DNA of 16,207 nucleotides from a virus (Duplodnaviria; Heunggongvirae; Uroviricota; Caudoviricetes): IMG/VR virus record IMGVR_UViG_643348545_000010; one strand, 5' to 3'. Shown piece by piece: positions 14,775 to 16,207 of this stretch (position 1 is its first letter; each line of letters starts with the position of its first letter). The notes under the pieces were generated by a model. It saw only the letters and a program-made list of their open reading frames with translations, ran no database searches and was not told where the DNA came from. The position numbers and the translations under genes were made by a program.

Positions 14775-14806
14775 AAAGGCATAAAATATTGTTTCATGCC
14801 TTTTTT
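14775..14806. terminator. Candidate weak or bidirectional terminator between int and alpA
   Basis: Stem AAAGGCAT / ATGCCTTT with a 13-nt loop and a following T-run on plus. Confidence 0.3.
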
Positions 14807-14897
14807 CTCGCTATTTAAAGAGTGATTCGCTAGTGTATAAAAAACCAGTAACACATTAAAAATCAGCTACTTATAAATCTGTACACTTTTTCGCCTC

Positions 14898-14943
14898 TTG
14901 TTCGTAGTTGTTCCGCATTGTTGCTCATTGTTGCACGTTGTAT
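14898..14943 (+). promoter_or_regulatory. Array of four to five 10-bp-phased hexamers TTGTT[CG] just downstream of the int stop
   Basis: TTGTTC-gtag-TTGTTC-cgca-TTGTTG-ctca-TTGTTG-cacg-TTGTAT; same motif family as 250-276 and 7753-7778 but in the opposite orientation. Confidence 0.45.
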
Positions 14944-14989
14944 CTGTTCGCATATCCAGTATGCGCATACTGAAAAAATACGAAAAAAA

Positions 14990-16207
14990 TTATTTTCTTC
15001 TGGCTACTGGTAGCGTGGTTACGTTTTCATGTGTTCCCGCCAGTATCCCTAACCGCTCCATCCACATATCCAGCACATTGCGTTTAGCATCCAGATAACG
15101 GGAATGATTATAAACTCGCTGCATTCCTGGCATCTGGTGGCCTGTAAGCTGCTCCACGACATGCGGATCAACGCCTAAATCGTTCAGCATGGTTGTAAAG
15201 GTGCGCCGGATGTCATGCAGTGACCAGTGAGGATGATTAAGCCTCCTGTGCGCTAATCTTCCATACTGCGATACGCTGGCCTCCTGTTTCGCTTCCCCCA
15301 GCAATAAGCCCGTGTGCCTGTTCTGCTCCACCAGCTGCGTGACGAACGGCAGGATCGCTTCCGGTATGGGCCGGAATATTGCGACCTTCGTTTTGCTGTG
15401 CTCCTTCGGAACGGTCCATAGCATTTCCGTAAAATCCCACTCCCCGATCTCCGATAGCCTCAGTTCTACCGTCCTGGCTCCGAAGACAATCAGGAGGCGG
15501 ATTAACGCGACGTAGTAAGGGGAAAATATTTTTTTGTCCAGTGCCTGCAATAATTCGCCAAGTTCTTTGTTACTTAAGACACGTTCGCTTATATCCGGTT
15601 TTTTCCCAACGTCCGCCACGTTCAGATCGTCCAGAACGTTGCTGATTGCATAGCGCCGCCTACGGCAGAACTTAAGCGCCTGTTTGCACGCCTGTAGCAC
15701 GAATCCGGCAGTAACAGGCGTTCGCTTTGCCACCTGGTCAAAACAGGCCAGCCAGTGCCGTAGCTCGCATTTATCCAGCGGCATAGCACCAATCTGCTGT
15801 ATTACGTGATTATTAAGTCGCCTTTTCAGGGCGATATAATCCACGCGGTTTTCCTTTACGTAAGACTCAAGCCAGTAGGTGAGCGCATCGCCAACCGTTA
15901 CGGGCTTTAACGCTTCCTGTACGGTGTAATTCATCTCATGACGTGGATTTTTCCCCTCAGCCAGCCATGTGCGACACTGTGCGGCTTTTTCCCTGGCTGC
16001 TTTCAGGCTCAGATCAGGATAACTTCCCAGCTTAATGCGTTCGGGTCGTGTCTCCCTTCCCGTTCCGGCCCTGTATGTGAAATACCAGGTCAATTTCCCT
16101 GATGTTAAATATTTCACGCTCAGGTTTCCGCCATCACTATAAAACGTGTTTTTCTCCGCTGGCTTACCATGAAGTTTCCTTAGCAAGGTATCGCTCAGTT
16201 TGTTCAT
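14990..16207 (-). CDS. int: Tyrosine integrase, P4-like family
   Basis: 405 aa; N-terminal arm-binding and SAM-like domain; C-terminal catalytic region (ARTVELRLSE ... HDIRRTF ... GHQMPGMQRVYNHSRY) with the conserved R...HxxR...Y residues; ATG at the window edge. Confidence 0.92.
   Translation of the reverse strand: MNKLSDTLLRKLHGKPAEKNTFYSDGGNLSVKYLTSGKLTWYFTYRAGTGRETRPERIKLGSYPDLSLKAAREKAAQCRTWLAEGKNPRHEMNYTVQEALKPVTVGDALTYWLESYVKENRVDYIALKRRLNNHVIQQIGAMPLDKCELRHWLACFDQVAKRTPVTAGFVLQACKQALKFCRRRRYAISNVLDDLNVADVGKKPDISERVLSNKELGELLQALDKKIFSPYYVALIRLLIVFGARTVELRLSEIGEWDFTEMLWTVPKEHSKTKVAIFRPIPEAILPFVTQLVEQNRHTGLLLGEAKQEASVSQYGRLAHRRLNHPHWSLHDIRRTFTTMLNDLGVDPHVVEQLTGHQMPGMQRVYNHSRYLDAKRNVLDMWMERLGILAGTHENVTTLPVARRK

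Larger units (their letters stand above)
136..16207 (-). mobile_element. P4/PICI-type integrative satellite, capsid-forming-PICI-like (head and packaging genes, no tail genes); right boundary outside window
   Basis: Gene content and order on the minus strand: int, alpA, primase/helicase, iteron ori, ssb, then capsid, protease, portal, adaptor, connector, HNH, TerS, TerL. Left edge abuts the truncated tqsA. No tail, baseplate or lysis genes anywhere in the window. Confidence 0.65.

Noticed and set aside
14616-14989. Possible tRNA or tmRNA att target next to the integrase
   Set aside because: No cloverleaf-compatible sequence found in the int-alpA gap; the int 5' flank, where att would lie, is outside the window.

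Overview
The window is almost entirely one integrative satellite of the P4/PICI type, about 16 kb, that appears to be inserted into the 5' end of tqsA (nt 1-165; recognised from memory, not searched). Nearly all genes are on the minus strand, running from the right edge: integrase, alpA, Icd-like small genes, a primase/helicase with an iteron origin, ssb, a PerC-like regulator, a small cassette gene, then an HK97-type head and packaging module (capsid, protease, portal, adaptor, connector, HNH, TerS, TerL). There are no tail genes, which matches the described capsid-forming PICI (cf-PICI) architecture. The best candidate for something undescribed is a plus-strand region (12845-14279) holding two tandem paralogous operons, each a ribbon-helix-helix gene plus a small protein with a conserved 40-bp intergenic hairpin. 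Other unexplained signals are a 10-bp-phased TTGTTC repeat at three sites, a terminator hairpin abutting the capsid start codon, a palindrome-dense non-coding block at the left end, and a non-coding leader between two Icd-like paralogs. All calls rest on reading the sequence and on remembered family features; no database search was run, and the right att site lies outside the window.
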